From Bacteroidota bacterium (GTDB taxonomy: Bacteria > Bacteroidota > Bacteroidia > UBA8524), in NCBI GenBank assembly GCA_008933805.1, contig WBUH01000005.1:128822-192821 (forward strand): 64,000 bases of DNA. The letters are read 5' to 3'. The position numbers and the translations under genes are program-made. Below the pieces are notes generated by a model that was not told the DNA's origin, did not search any database, and was given only the letters and a program-made list of their open reading frames with translations. Shown one piece after another: positions 30,961-40,113 of the stretch (position 1 is its first letter; every line of letters begins with the position of its first letter).

Positions 30961-31028
30961 TTCCTCCCCGCGCAGGACTTAAGTCCTGCGCGGGGAGGAA
31001 ATTTTAATAATAGGGGTTTTCAAACCCC
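30961..31028. repeat. Perfect 40-bp palindrome plus REP-like hairpin
   Basis: TTCCTCCCCGCGCAGGACTT|AAGTCCTGCGCGGGGAGGAA at 30961-31000; GGGGTTTTCAAACCCC nearby. Confidence 0.8.
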
Positions 31029-31050
31029 TGCCTTCTGAGTCGGCCCTTTT

Positions 31051-32184
31051 TTATTTTGGGTTACTGCTAAATAAATTTATGTACTCTTTAAATGCATATA
31101 ATTTACCTCGTTGTGCGCTTTTTATTTCACTCAATATTCCACGTGTTTCAAAATCACTTAGAAGTTTATACGCCGTCACATTTGATTTACCTATTATCCC
31201 CTCAATTTCCTGTACAGTGATGATAGGTTTTTTGTACAAATACTCTATCACCTTTTTTGCATCACTACCTCTGCTACCTAACTTAGCCGCTTCAGCCTCC
31301 ATGTTTTTTTGCAGTTGTAAAATAGCGTCAAACGTGGTAACCCCACTCTTAGCAGTTTCTATCACACCCGTTAAAAAAAATTTAAGCCATTGGTTTAAGT
31401 CATTGTGTGTTCTTACCCGGGTTAAATTATCGTAATACAGAATTCTATTGCGTTCAAAAAAATCCGACAAATACAAAATGGGACGTTTTAAAATCCCTTT
31501 ACCCACCAAATACAGCGTAATAAGCAATCTACCCACCCTGCCGTTACCATCCAAAAAAGGATGTATAGTCTCAAACTGATAATGTATTAACGCCACCTTC
31601 AACAAATCGGGCAACGGATTTAACTCATCATTGGCAAACTTTTCAATATCTGACATTAACTCATCTATCGAAGTATGGACAGGCGGCACAAATACAGCAT
31701 CATTTATAGTTGCTCCCCCTATCCAATTTTGGCTCTTGCGGTATTCACCGGGCATCTTGTGCTCCCCCCTAACCCCCTGCAACAATATTTTATGGGTTTG
31801 TTTAATAAGTCTTGAAGAAAATGGCAACCTGTGCAGCATATTCACAGCATCATTCATTGCCACTATATAATTCTGCACCTCTTCCCAATCGTCCCTCTTT
31901 TCAGAAGAAACTTCATCTTTACTCAAAAAAGCTTCTTCAACATTTGTTTGCGTACCCTCAATTTTTGATGATTGAGTAGCCTCTTTAGCAATGTGCATTT
32001 TAACAAACAAGTCTATATCAACGTACTCAGAGTACATATCCAGCCTGCCCAAATTTCTGTCGGCTTGACTCAGTAAAGACAGCACTTCCATATTGGGCAA
32101 CTGCCAATCTCTGTTTATAAAATTGGGCTGAAAGCTTTTGTAGTAGCCTTGACTGATTAAGCTGCCTGCTATAAAGGTATTCAT
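31051..32184 (-). CDS. Fic family protein
   Basis: HPFLDGNGRVGR catalytic motif; N-terminal SSKIEG inhibitory-type motif; C-terminal HTH. Confidence 0.93.
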   Translation of the reverse strand: MNTFIAGSLISQGYYKSFQPNFINRDWQLPNMEVLSLLSQADRNLGRLDMYSEYVDIDLFVKMHIAKEATQSSKIEGTQTNVEEAFLSKDEVSSEKRDDWEEVQNYIVAMNDAVNMLHRLPFSSRLIKQTHKILLQGVRGEHKMPGEYRKSQNWIGGATINDAVFVPPVHTSIDELMSDIEKFANDELNPLPDLLKVALIHYQFETIHPFLDGNGRVGRLLITLYLVGKGILKRPILYLSDFFERNRILYYDNLTRVRTHNDLNQWLKFFLTGVIETAKSGVTTFDAILQLQKNMEAEAAKLGSRGSDAKKVIEYLYKKPIITVQEIEGIIGKSNVTAYKLLSDFETRGILSEIKSAQRGKLYAFKEYINLFSSNPK

Positions 32185-32316
32185 AATAATGTTGCCAAAT
32201 CTTAAACAACAAGTCTCTATAGTTAAGATTTTTTAATAAAGTTTAATCAAAGATATATGTTATTTAAGAAAATGTCATTAAAACTTAAATTTAATTTTTT
32301 TTAGTTAAGAGGAACT

Positions 32317-32365
32317 TAATTTAACTAAAAAAGCAGGCTGTGAGCCTGCTTTTTTAGTTAAATTA
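32317..32365. terminator. Long perfect hairpin/terminator
   Basis: 23-bp perfect arms TAATTTAACTAAAAAAGCAGGCT / AGCCTGCTTTTTTAGTTAAATTA downstream of the SDR gene. Confidence 0.8.
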
Positions 32366-32379
32366 TATCGTGTTGCAAC

Positions 32380-33225
32380 TTATGCAGTTTGTGAAGCCGG
32401 AGCATCCGCACCTATGGTAGTTTCTTCCCAAGCATCGTAATCCTTCTTCAACGAATCAAGCTTGGCAAGCGCTCCTTTAAATGCCCCTACTCCTAGCAGA
32501 AGATGCAAAGGCGGGTTTTCAACCTCTGTTACCTTGATAATAGCCTGCGCTGCACGAACAGGGTCACCGGGTTGGTTACCACTGTAGCCTCTTATCGTGT
32601 TTTTGTTTACCTCTGCCGTTTGTGCATAGTCATCAATCACAATCGCACTGTTTTTGGCTGAACGTCCGGCCCAATCAGTACGGAAGCCGCTCGGGGCAAT
32701 TACCGTTACTTTAATACCCAACGGTGCAGTTTCTTTTGCCAATGCCTCTGATAAGCCGTCAACCGCAAACTTAGTAGCGTTGTAGTGGCCTAACGCTGGA
32801 AATCCAACCAAACCGCCAATAGAGGCTATATTAATAATATGACCGCTACGTTGGCTGCGCATAATAGGCAACACTTCTTTAGTCATGTTAGCTAAGCCAA
32901 AGTAGTTAATCTCAAACATACGACGTACTTCATCGTCCTCGCTTTCTTCTACAGCCCCAAAGTACCCTATGCCGGCATTGTTTACCAACACATCCACACG
33001 TCCGAATTTTTGTTTCACTTGCTCCACCGCTGATTTAATTTCATCAAGCTTGGTTACATCCAACTTCACCGCCAAAGCAGTTTCAGGGTAAGCCTCAACA
33101 ATATCTTTCACATCATCCGTATTGCGTGAAGCCACTCCTACTTTATACCCTTGTTTCAGGGTAAGTTTTGCCAACTCGCGGCCAAAGCCTGTTGAGCATC
33201 CTGTTATTATCCAAACTTTGTTCAT
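32380..33225 (-). CDS. Short-chain dehydrogenase/reductase
   Basis: TGCSTGFG, NNAG, YNATK. Confidence 0.93.
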   Translation of the reverse strand: MNKVWIITGCSTGFGRELAKLTLKQGYKVGVASRNTDDVKDIVEAYPETALAVKLDVTKLDEIKSAVEQVKQKFGRVDVLVNNAGIGYFGAVEESEDDEVRRMFEINYFGLANMTKEVLPIMRSQRSGHIINIASIGGLVGFPALGHYNATKFAVDGLSEALAKETAPLGIKVTVIAPSGFRTDWAGRSAKNSAIVIDDYAQTAEVNKNTIRGYSGNQPGDPVRAAQAIIKVTEVENPPLHLLLGVGAFKGALAKLDSLKKDYDAWEETTIGADAPASQTA

Positions 33226-33334
33226 TGTTATTTCTATTTATTGTTTAAACAACGTTTATACTGCAACGGTTTTGCCAAAAACAAAAAAGCAGACACAAGG
33301 CCTGCTTTTTTACTGTTATATTTTTGTTAAACGA

Positions 33335-34675
33335 TTACATCTCGCGGTTCACGTCCCATTGCTCAAGGTAATCAGCAACGCGGCGAACAAACATACCGCC
33401 CAAAGCACCATCCACTACACGGTGGTCGTAGCTGTGGCTTAGGTACATCATGTGGCGTATGGCAATTACATCGCCATACTCAGTTTCTACTACCGCAGGT
33501 TTTTTGCGGATAGCACCTGCTGCCATAATGGCTACTTGAGGCTGGTTGATAATGGGTGTCCCCATTACGTTACCAAAAGTACCAACGTTAGTCAAGGTAT
33601 AAGTACCGCCTTGTATTTCGTCAGGGGTAAGTTTATTGTTACGGGCGCGGTTAGCAAGGTCATTCACATCCTTCACCAATCCCAATAGGTTTTTAGTGTC
33701 AGCGTTTTTAATTACCGGTACTATCAAATTACCGCTGGGTAGTGCAGCTGCCATACCAATATTAATAGCCTTACGGCGAATAAGATTAGTACCGTCAACT
33801 GATATATTTATCATCGGGAAATCCTTGATGGCTTTCGCAATGGCTTCAATCAGCATTGGAGTGAAGGTCAGCTTCTCGCCGTCACGTTTTTGGAAAACAT
33901 CCTTCATTTTTTCTCTCCAACGCACCATATTGGTCACATCAGCCTCAACAAACGAAGTAACGTGCGGAGAAGTATGCTTGCTCATTACCATGTGGTCGGC
34001 AATCAGCTTACGCATACGATCCATTTCTATAATCTCATCGCCTGCGTTTAAGCTTACCGCGGGAGCAGTAATTTTAGGCTGGCTAACTTGGGCGGCAGGT
34101 TTTTCAACCACTTTCACCTCAGGTTGAGCAGCAGGAGTAGCTGCAGGAGCAACACCATTTTGACGTTGTTGAACGTATGCTAAAATATCTTTCTTAGTTA
34201 CACGGCCTTCACTACCGGTACCGGGCAAGCCTTCAAGCTCAGCCATACTGATATTTTCACTACGGGCAATGTTTAATACCAACGGCGAGTAAAAACGGGC
34301 ACCGCCTGCAACAGGGGCAACAGTTTCGCGCGCTTGTGTGATTGTATTTTGAACTGAAGCAACAGGTGTTGGTGCAGTTTCAACTGGTTTTTCAGCGGGT
34401 TGGCTGGCAGGGGCAGCAGGTTGTGCACCCGCGCCTTCAAGACCGATAATAGCAATGGGCTTGCCCACTTCTACTACATCGTTTACGTTGTATAGCTTCT
34501 TAAGTAGAACACCACCCTTAGGAGATGGTACTTCGCTATCAACTTTATCCGTTGCTATTTCAAGTACGCTTTCGTCGGCTTCAATTTTATCGCCTTCGTT
34601 CTTTAGCCAGTTAATAATAGTGGCTTCAGCAATACTCTCGCCCATTTTAGGCATTATCAGTTCAAATTCAGTCAT
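33335..34675 (-). CDS. 2-oxo-acid dehydrogenase E2 dihydrolipoamide acyltransferase
   Basis: Lipoyl domain IATDKVDSE, E3-binding GTGSEGRVTKKD, catalytic SYDHRVVDG. Confidence 0.93.
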   Translation of the reverse strand: MTEFELIMPKMGESIAEATIINWLKNEGDKIEADESVLEIATDKVDSEVPSPKGGVLLKKLYNVNDVVEVGKPIAIIGLEGAGAQPAAPASQPAEKPVETAPTPVASVQNTITQARETVAPVAGGARFYSPLVLNIARSENISMAELEGLPGTGSEGRVTKKDILAYVQQRQNGVAPAATPAAQPEVKVVEKPAAQVSQPKITAPAVSLNAGDEIIEMDRMRKLIADHMVMSKHTSPHVTSFVEADVTNMVRWREKMKDVFQKRDGEKLTFTPMLIEAIAKAIKDFPMINISVDGTNLIRRKAINIGMAAALPSGNLIVPVIKNADTKNLLGLVKDVNDLANRARNNKLTPDEIQGGTYTLTNVGTFGNVMGTPIINQPQVAIMAAGAIRKKPAVVETEYGDVIAIRHMMYLSHSYDHRVVDGALGGMFVRRVADYLEQWDVNREM

Positions 34676-34790
34676 AGTAAATTCTATACCCAATTACGCC
34701 GCAAAGAAACACAATCTTTGCCATTGCAACAACACAATTTAAGGCCGTATTGCCAACGCAATAAGTTCCTAAACTGCAGCAGAAAACACA

Positions 34791-36053
34791 CTATCGCATA
34801 ATCGTTTGAGCCCTGTCAGGTCCAACCGAGATGATGCCAATAGGCTTCTGAATAATTGTTTCAACGGCTTTTATGTAATCGCAGAAAGTTTGGGGTAGTT
34901 TATCGTAGTCAGTTATTTTAGTTAAGTCCTCTTGCCAGCCGGCATAAGCGGTGTAATGCGGGGTAACTTCCCCATCGTTATAGGTATGCGGCAGCTGCCT
35001 AGTAAGTTGTCCGTTCACAACATACTCAGTAGCCACGTTCACCTCGGGCAAGCCGCTTAATACGTCTGCCTTCATCATTATCAATTCATCTACACCATTC
35101 AACATGATGGCATAATTCAAAGCCACCAAATCCAACCAGCCTGTACGACGTGGACGGCCTGTAGTTGCACCGTACTCGTGGCCTTTATCTCGTAGCTCTT
35201 GTCCCAACGCATCATTCAATTCAGAAGGGAAAGGCCCGCTGCCCACACGGGTGCAGTAAGCTTTAAAAATACCGTACACCTTGTTGATGTGCTTAGGCGC
35301 AATACCCAAACCTACACAAGCACCACCACTAATAGTGTTGCTGCTGGTAACATAAGGGTAGGTACCAAAGTCAACATCCAGCATGCTGCCTTGTGCACCC
35401 TCGGCAAGTATTTTCTTGCCTTGGCTAATCAAGTCATTAATGAAATATTCACTATCCACCTGTTTAAACTGAGTAAGGTATTCTACCGCCTCAAAAAACT
35501 CAGCTTCAAGCGCATCCAAATCACACGCATAATTATAAAAATTAATCACCGCCATGTGCTTTTTCTTCACTTGCTCGTAACGACTTTTAAAGTCGCTGCT
35601 TTGCATATCACCCACACGCAATCCGTAACGTCCGTACTTATCTTGGTAAGTAGGGCTGATACCGCGCAGTGTACTGCCTATTTTCTGGTCGCCTTTAAAG
35701 CTTTCGCTGGCAGCATCCCACATACGGTGAGTGGGTAAAATCAAATGCGCCTTGCGCGATATGTATAAGCTGTCCTTTATGTTAGCTCCGGCAGCTATTG
35801 TTTTCTCAATTTCTTTACGCAACAAAATAGGGTCGATAACCACTCCGTTGCCGATAAGGTTGATACATCCCTCGTGGAACACGCCTGAAGGCAAAGTGTT
35901 CAACACGTGTTTCATCCCGTTTATTTCCAGCGAGTGCCCTGCATTTGGCCCACCCTGAAAACGAGCTACCACATCGTAGCGGGGAGTTAAAAAGTCAGCT
36001 ATTTTTCCTTTTCCTTCATCGCCCCATTGCAGGCCCAATACTACATCTACCAT
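34791..36053 (-). CDS. purA: Adenylosuccinate synthetase
   Basis: GLQWGDEGKGK, GGPNAGH, EGAQG, GTYPYVTSS, GATTGRPRR. Confidence 0.97.
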   Translation of the reverse strand: MVDVVLGLQWGDEGKGKIADFLTPRYDVVARFQGGPNAGHSLEINGMKHVLNTLPSGVFHEGCINLIGNGVVIDPILLRKEIEKTIAAGANIKDSLYISRKAHLILPTHRMWDAASESFKGDQKIGSTLRGISPTYQDKYGRYGLRVGDMQSSDFKSRYEQVKKKHMAVINFYNYACDLDALEAEFFEAVEYLTQFKQVDSEYFINDLISQGKKILAEGAQGSMLDVDFGTYPYVTSSNTISGGACVGLGIAPKHINKVYGIFKAYCTRVGSGPFPSELNDALGQELRDKGHEYGATTGRPRRTGWLDLVALNYAIMLNGVDELIMMKADVLSGLPEVNVATEYVVNGQLTRQLPHTYNDGEVTPHYTAYAGWQEDLTKITDYDKLPQTFCDYIKAVETIIQKPIGIISVGPDRAQTIMR

Positions 36054-36072
36054 CGTATGTAATCTATCTGTT

Positions 36073-36579
36073 TTAAGCGGTTTGTTCTTCTGGTTTAAAA
36101 TTTTTGCTGCAAGCCGTGCAAGTGCCTGCATCGTCTAATTTTGGCGAACCAAACAAGTTTAGCGAGTGGCTGGTGATATCAAATTTCAGCAACTCACCCA
36201 TCATACTCTGTATTTGCTGTATACGGGGGTCGCAAAATTCAATCACATTATTACAACGGTTACAAATCAGGTGGTCGTGCTGGCGGTAACCGAAGCTACG
36301 TTCAAACTGAGCCATGTTTTTACCAAACTGGTGCTTGGTAACAAGGCCGCAATCCAGCAACAAATCAAGCGTGTTATACACCGTAGCCCTGCTAACATGG
36401 TAGTTGCGGTTCTTCATCTGTATGTATAACGACTCAACATCAAAATGCTCCTTTTTGCTGTATATCTCATCCAATATAGCATAACGTTCGGGCGTTTTGC
36501 GCTGCTTCTTTTGCTCAAGGTAATCTGTAAATATTTTACGTACTTCCTCTGGGGCAGTTTGTCGGCTCATTGTACTCAC
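36073..36579 (-). CDS. Fur-family transcriptional regulator
   Basis: [26 protein letters not shown]. Confidence 0.92.
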   Translation of the reverse strand: MSTMSRQTAPEEVRKIFTDYLEQKKQRKTPERYAILDEIYSKKEHFDVESLYIQMKNRNYHVSRATVYNTLDLLLDCGLVTKHQFGKNMAQFERSFGYRQHDHLICNRCNNVIEFCDPRIQQIQSMMGELLKFDITSHSLNLFGSPKLDDAGTCTACSKNFKPEEQTA

Positions 36580-36785
36580 CTAAAATAAAAGGCAAAGGTA
36601 TCACTTTTAAAATTTATCGGTTTGAAGATTTGAGGATTTGTGGATTAGTATTTAATTATCAATAACTTGATTTATATTTATCTGTTCATCAAACTTGAAA
36701 CATTAAACTAAAAACTCTTGACTTATTTGGCAAACAATTTGATGTTTAAACATTGATTTAGTATCTTTGAGTAAATTATATCGGG

Positions 36786-37664
36786 ATGAAACGCTCGGAC
36801 TTTATAAAAACAGTAGGACTTGTTATGGCAACCACCCCTTTGATGGGCCTGAAAGATTGGCACAAAATAACTGAGAATGCAGAACCCACCGCAAAAGCAC
36901 CGCTTTTGTTCATAGGGCATGGCAATCCAATGAATGCCTTGTATAACAATACTTTTACCCAAACCCTAACTAAACTGGGCCAAACGGTTGAAAAACCCAA
37001 AGCAATATTGGTGGTTTCTGCCCATTGGCTCACCAACGGAACATGGGTAGCCACTACTGCAAAGCCTGAAACCATCCACGATTTCGGAGGATTCCCCCAA
37101 GCCTTGTTTGATGTGCAATACCCTGCACCTGGCTCTCCAACGTTTGCTACAGAAACACAAACGCTATTAAAAGATAAAACCACAGTTCAAGCGGATACAA
37201 GTTGGGGACTTGATCATGGTGCCTGGACTGTTCTAAAACACATATACCCCAATGCCGATGTACCCGTTTTTCAATTAAGTATTGATTACTCAAAGCCTCC
37301 CCAATACCACTACGACTTAGCAAAATACTTAGCTAAACTAAGGGACAAAGGGGTAATGATTTTGGGCAGTGGCAACATTGTACACAATTTGGGCCGTATA
37401 GATTGGAACAACCCCAACACGGGCTATGACTGGACTATTGAGTTTGACGAGGCGGTAAAAAAACATATTAATGATGGTAACCACCAGCCTTTGATTGATT
37501 ACATCACCCTTACTAAAGGAGCTAATTTGGCCGTACCCACTAACGACCATTATTTGCCTTTGCTATATACATTGGCCTTGCAGGATGCAAAAGAAAAGCC
37601 CTCGCATATATACGAGGGCAATGAAATGGGTAGCATTAGTATGCGTAGTGTATTGTTTAGCTAA
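36786..37664 (+). CDS. ygiD: 4,5-DOPA extradiol dioxygenase-like (LigB family)
   Basis: FIGHGNPMN, SAHW, HDFGGFP, GLDHGAW, GSGNIVHNL, PTNDHYLPL. Confidence 0.9.
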   Translation: MKRSDFIKTVGLVMATTPLMGLKDWHKITENAEPTAKAPLLFIGHGNPMNALYNNTFTQTLTKLGQTVEKPKAILVVSAHWLTNGTWVATTAKPETIHDFGGFPQALFDVQYPAPGSPTFATETQTLLKDKTTVQADTSWGLDHGAWTVLKHIYPNADVPVFQLSIDYSKPPQYHYDLAKYLAKLRDKGVMILGSGNIVHNLGRIDWNNPNTGYDWTIEFDEAVKKHINDGNHQPLIDYITLTKGANLAVPTNDHYLPLLYTLALQDAKEKPSHIYEGNEMGSISMRSVLFS

Positions 37665-37665
37665 A

Positions 37666-40095
37666 CTATACTACTACCGACTGGTCTTCTATCACTTTTA
37701 CTTTTTGTTGGGCACTACGGATATCAGCCTCAGTTACAAACACCTTCAAAGGTTCAGGGCTGTGCTGGCGGGCAATAATTTGGGTACTACCGATTTGTGG
37801 CGCACTGATTTGGGGTGCTGAAACCGAAGGTGCTGAAGGTGCTCCTCCCCCGCCACCAATACTTCCTCCACTTGACAATACCTTATGAGCTTGTGCCACT
37901 GCTGAGGCTATTTGGGCGGATATGGCCGCAAATTTTGCAATACCGGCAATACCCCCTGTAGCAACGTTATCAGGTGTCGGCGCATTAGTATTGGAAATGG
38001 CACTACTTATCGCCTTTGCGGAATCAATGCCGATTTTTACTAAGGTTATTGCCTTCTCAATATCGTTTTGAGTCTTGGCATTCTTAATCAGGTTTTTATT
38101 AACGGTATCAATTACATCCAATCCATCTTTAGCAGCCTTTTCTGCAAACTCCCACTTCGCCTTGGTAATTGCTTTCTCGCGTTCAATTTGGGCAAGAAGT
38201 CGGGCATTCTTTTCTTCTTCAATAGCAGTGTCTAGTTCATTCTCTGCCTCCTGTTGTTGAACTTTTAATGATGCCTCATCTTCGATTTTCTGAGCCCGTA
38301 ATGCTTTTTCAATGGCATCGTACTCTTCAACGCTCAGTTGGTTATTGGTTTTCTTTTCCAACTCGGCAGCAAGCAGCTCATCATAATGCGTTTGTAAATC
38401 TGCCTTTTGCTGTGCGTAGAAATCCTGAGTAAGGCTTTGCTTACGTCTAAGAGCTTCCTCCTCAGTAATCTCCTTATCTTTCAAACTCTTCTCCAGCAGC
38501 TTAAACTCGTTCTCAAGGCTTTTCCGTTTATTTTCCTCGTTACGTTTTACCCACTTCTCATTTGCCTCTAAAACCGCCTTCTGTCTTTCTTCTCGCTCCT
38601 TTTGCTCTTTTGCATCCCACTCTTTGTTAATGTCATTTACCCGCTTTTCATGCAGTTTTTTCAACTCTTCAAGAGCGTTAGTATTGTCCTTGTAGCGTTC
38701 CTTTTCCCCAGCATATTTCAACTCTTCCTCTGCCAACTCTTTCTTCCTGCCTTCCTCCATATTAGCTAATCGGAGTTGCTCATAATCCTGCTCTTGCTTT
38801 GCCTTGCTTTTGGCTGATTCTATGTCAATATTTTTTAAGCTGAGTTCAAATCCAGCCTTTTGGTTTTCAAACTCCAGTAGCTTTTCCTTAGACGCATCTA
38901 TAGCCTCTTGACCCTTTTTCTCTACTTCTTCTGGATTAAAAAACTGTGAAGCAGCAAAATCCGCTAGTTTCTCACGCAAGTTTAACTCTTTGTCAAACAA
39001 ACTCGCTATCTTATCAACAGCAGCCAACACAGGTGATAAGCCTATCAAAACAAACTCCAATACACTTTTTAAGATTCTTTTATTTCGTGTTTCTGCTTCA
39101 ATTTGAGCCGCTAATACCTTTTCTTGGTTTTCAATGTCTGCTTTACCTGTACTAATTACAACCCCTAATTGCTCTATCTTAGTTTTAAGTATAGCCCGCT
39201 CACTTTTCCCTTTTTGTCTTTCAATATTCTCTTGACCTTCAAGGCTAGTAAAGGTTTTCTGAGCATTATCATACAGCTTTGTGCCGGTTTTTAAATTCTC
39301 TTTTTGCTCTGAACTAACTCCGCTTATAGAATTTTTAATCTTGTCCCAATAAGAAGCTAAAGTGGCTACTGCTGTAATAATAATCCCAATAACATTTGCC
39401 GACATCACTTTATTAAGCACCTTAAAGCTACCCGTAGCGCCTACCAATGAACCTGAAAGTTTTTGATTAGCATCGCTTCCCTTTTGAGAAGAACTTACCG
39501 ACTCTTTATGTAAAGCATTTGATAGCTTCTGAATAGAGTTTTGTATGGCTTGAATTTTTGATAAATTACCAATAATTTGTGAAAGTCGACCTGTTTCCAA
39601 ACTAAACAATTCTGCGGCAGCTTTGGCACCTTCAAATCCAGTCTTAACATTTTCGCCAACATATATCATTTTGTCAACATTGGGTGTCAATGAACCAAGT
39701 TCATTTATTAACTTATTAGTTTGAGCAATCTTCCTATTGTACTCTCCAACTTTAATAGCTGCTTTGTTAAATTCTTCGGAACCAATCTCTTGATTTTTCA
39801 AAACAACATTTAAATCTTCAATAGAATAGTTCAGGTCAGCTAAACTGCCACTAAGCAAAATAATATCCTTTACTGATTTAGCAGACTTTTCAACATCTAC
39901 TAATGCTCTCTCGTAAAGCATAATTTTGTCATTGGCAGTGCTAATGCTTTTACCTAAACTCAAAAAAGCTTCTGAACCAATATCAGCTTTACTAACTTGT
40001 TCTTTCAATAAATCCAGCCAAATTTTCAAATCCCTTAGATTTGATTCTGCTAATTCAGTATTTATATCGAAATTAAACTTAAAATCCTTTTCCAT
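37666..40095 (-). CDS. Phage tail tape-measure-like protein
   Basis: 809 aa, almost entirely helical/coiled coil with hydrophobic A/G/I-rich patches; C-terminal PLKVFVTEADIRSAQ motif; co-transcribed with tail-tip genes. Confidence 0.75.
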   Translation of the reverse strand: MEKDFKFNFDINTELAESNLRDLKIWLDLLKEQVSKADIGSEAFLSLGKSISTANDKIMLYERALVDVEKSAKSVKDIILLSGSLADLNYSIEDLNVVLKNQEIGSEEFNKAAIKVGEYNRKIAQTNKLINELGSLTPNVDKMIYVGENVKTGFEGAKAAAELFSLETGRLSQIIGNLSKIQAIQNSIQKLSNALHKESVSSSQKGSDANQKLSGSLVGATGSFKVLNKVMSANVIGIIITAVATLASYWDKIKNSISGVSSEQKENLKTGTKLYDNAQKTFTSLEGQENIERQKGKSERAILKTKIEQLGVVISTGKADIENQEKVLAAQIEAETRNKRILKSVLEFVLIGLSPVLAAVDKIASLFDKELNLREKLADFAASQFFNPEEVEKKGQEAIDASKEKLLEFENQKAGFELSLKNIDIESAKSKAKQEQDYEQLRLANMEEGRKKELAEEELKYAGEKERYKDNTNALEELKKLHEKRVNDINKEWDAKEQKEREERQKAVLEANEKWVKRNEENKRKSLENEFKLLEKSLKDKEITEEEALRRKQSLTQDFYAQQKADLQTHYDELLAAELEKKTNNQLSVEEYDAIEKALRAQKIEDEASLKVQQQEAENELDTAIEEEKNARLLAQIEREKAITKAKWEFAEKAAKDGLDVIDTVNKNLIKNAKTQNDIEKAITLVKIGIDSAKAISSAISNTNAPTPDNVATGGIAGIAKFAAISAQIASAVAQAHKVLSSGGSIGGGGGAPSAPSVSAPQISAPQIGSTQIIARQHSPEPLKVFVTEADIRSAQQKVKVIEDQSVVV

Positions 40096-40113
40096 AAAAC
40101 AATGCTTTATTAA

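Noticed and set aside
31051..32184. fic as a toxin-antitoxin or defence island
   Set aside because: It is a stand-alone Fic protein with an internal inhibitory-type motif, with no partner or defence neighbours.
641..36053. purH, purN and purA near the modules as a nucleotide-supply adaptation
   Set aside because: pur genes are commonly scattered in Bacteroidota, and none has the shared motif properly placed. Proximity alone is not evidence.
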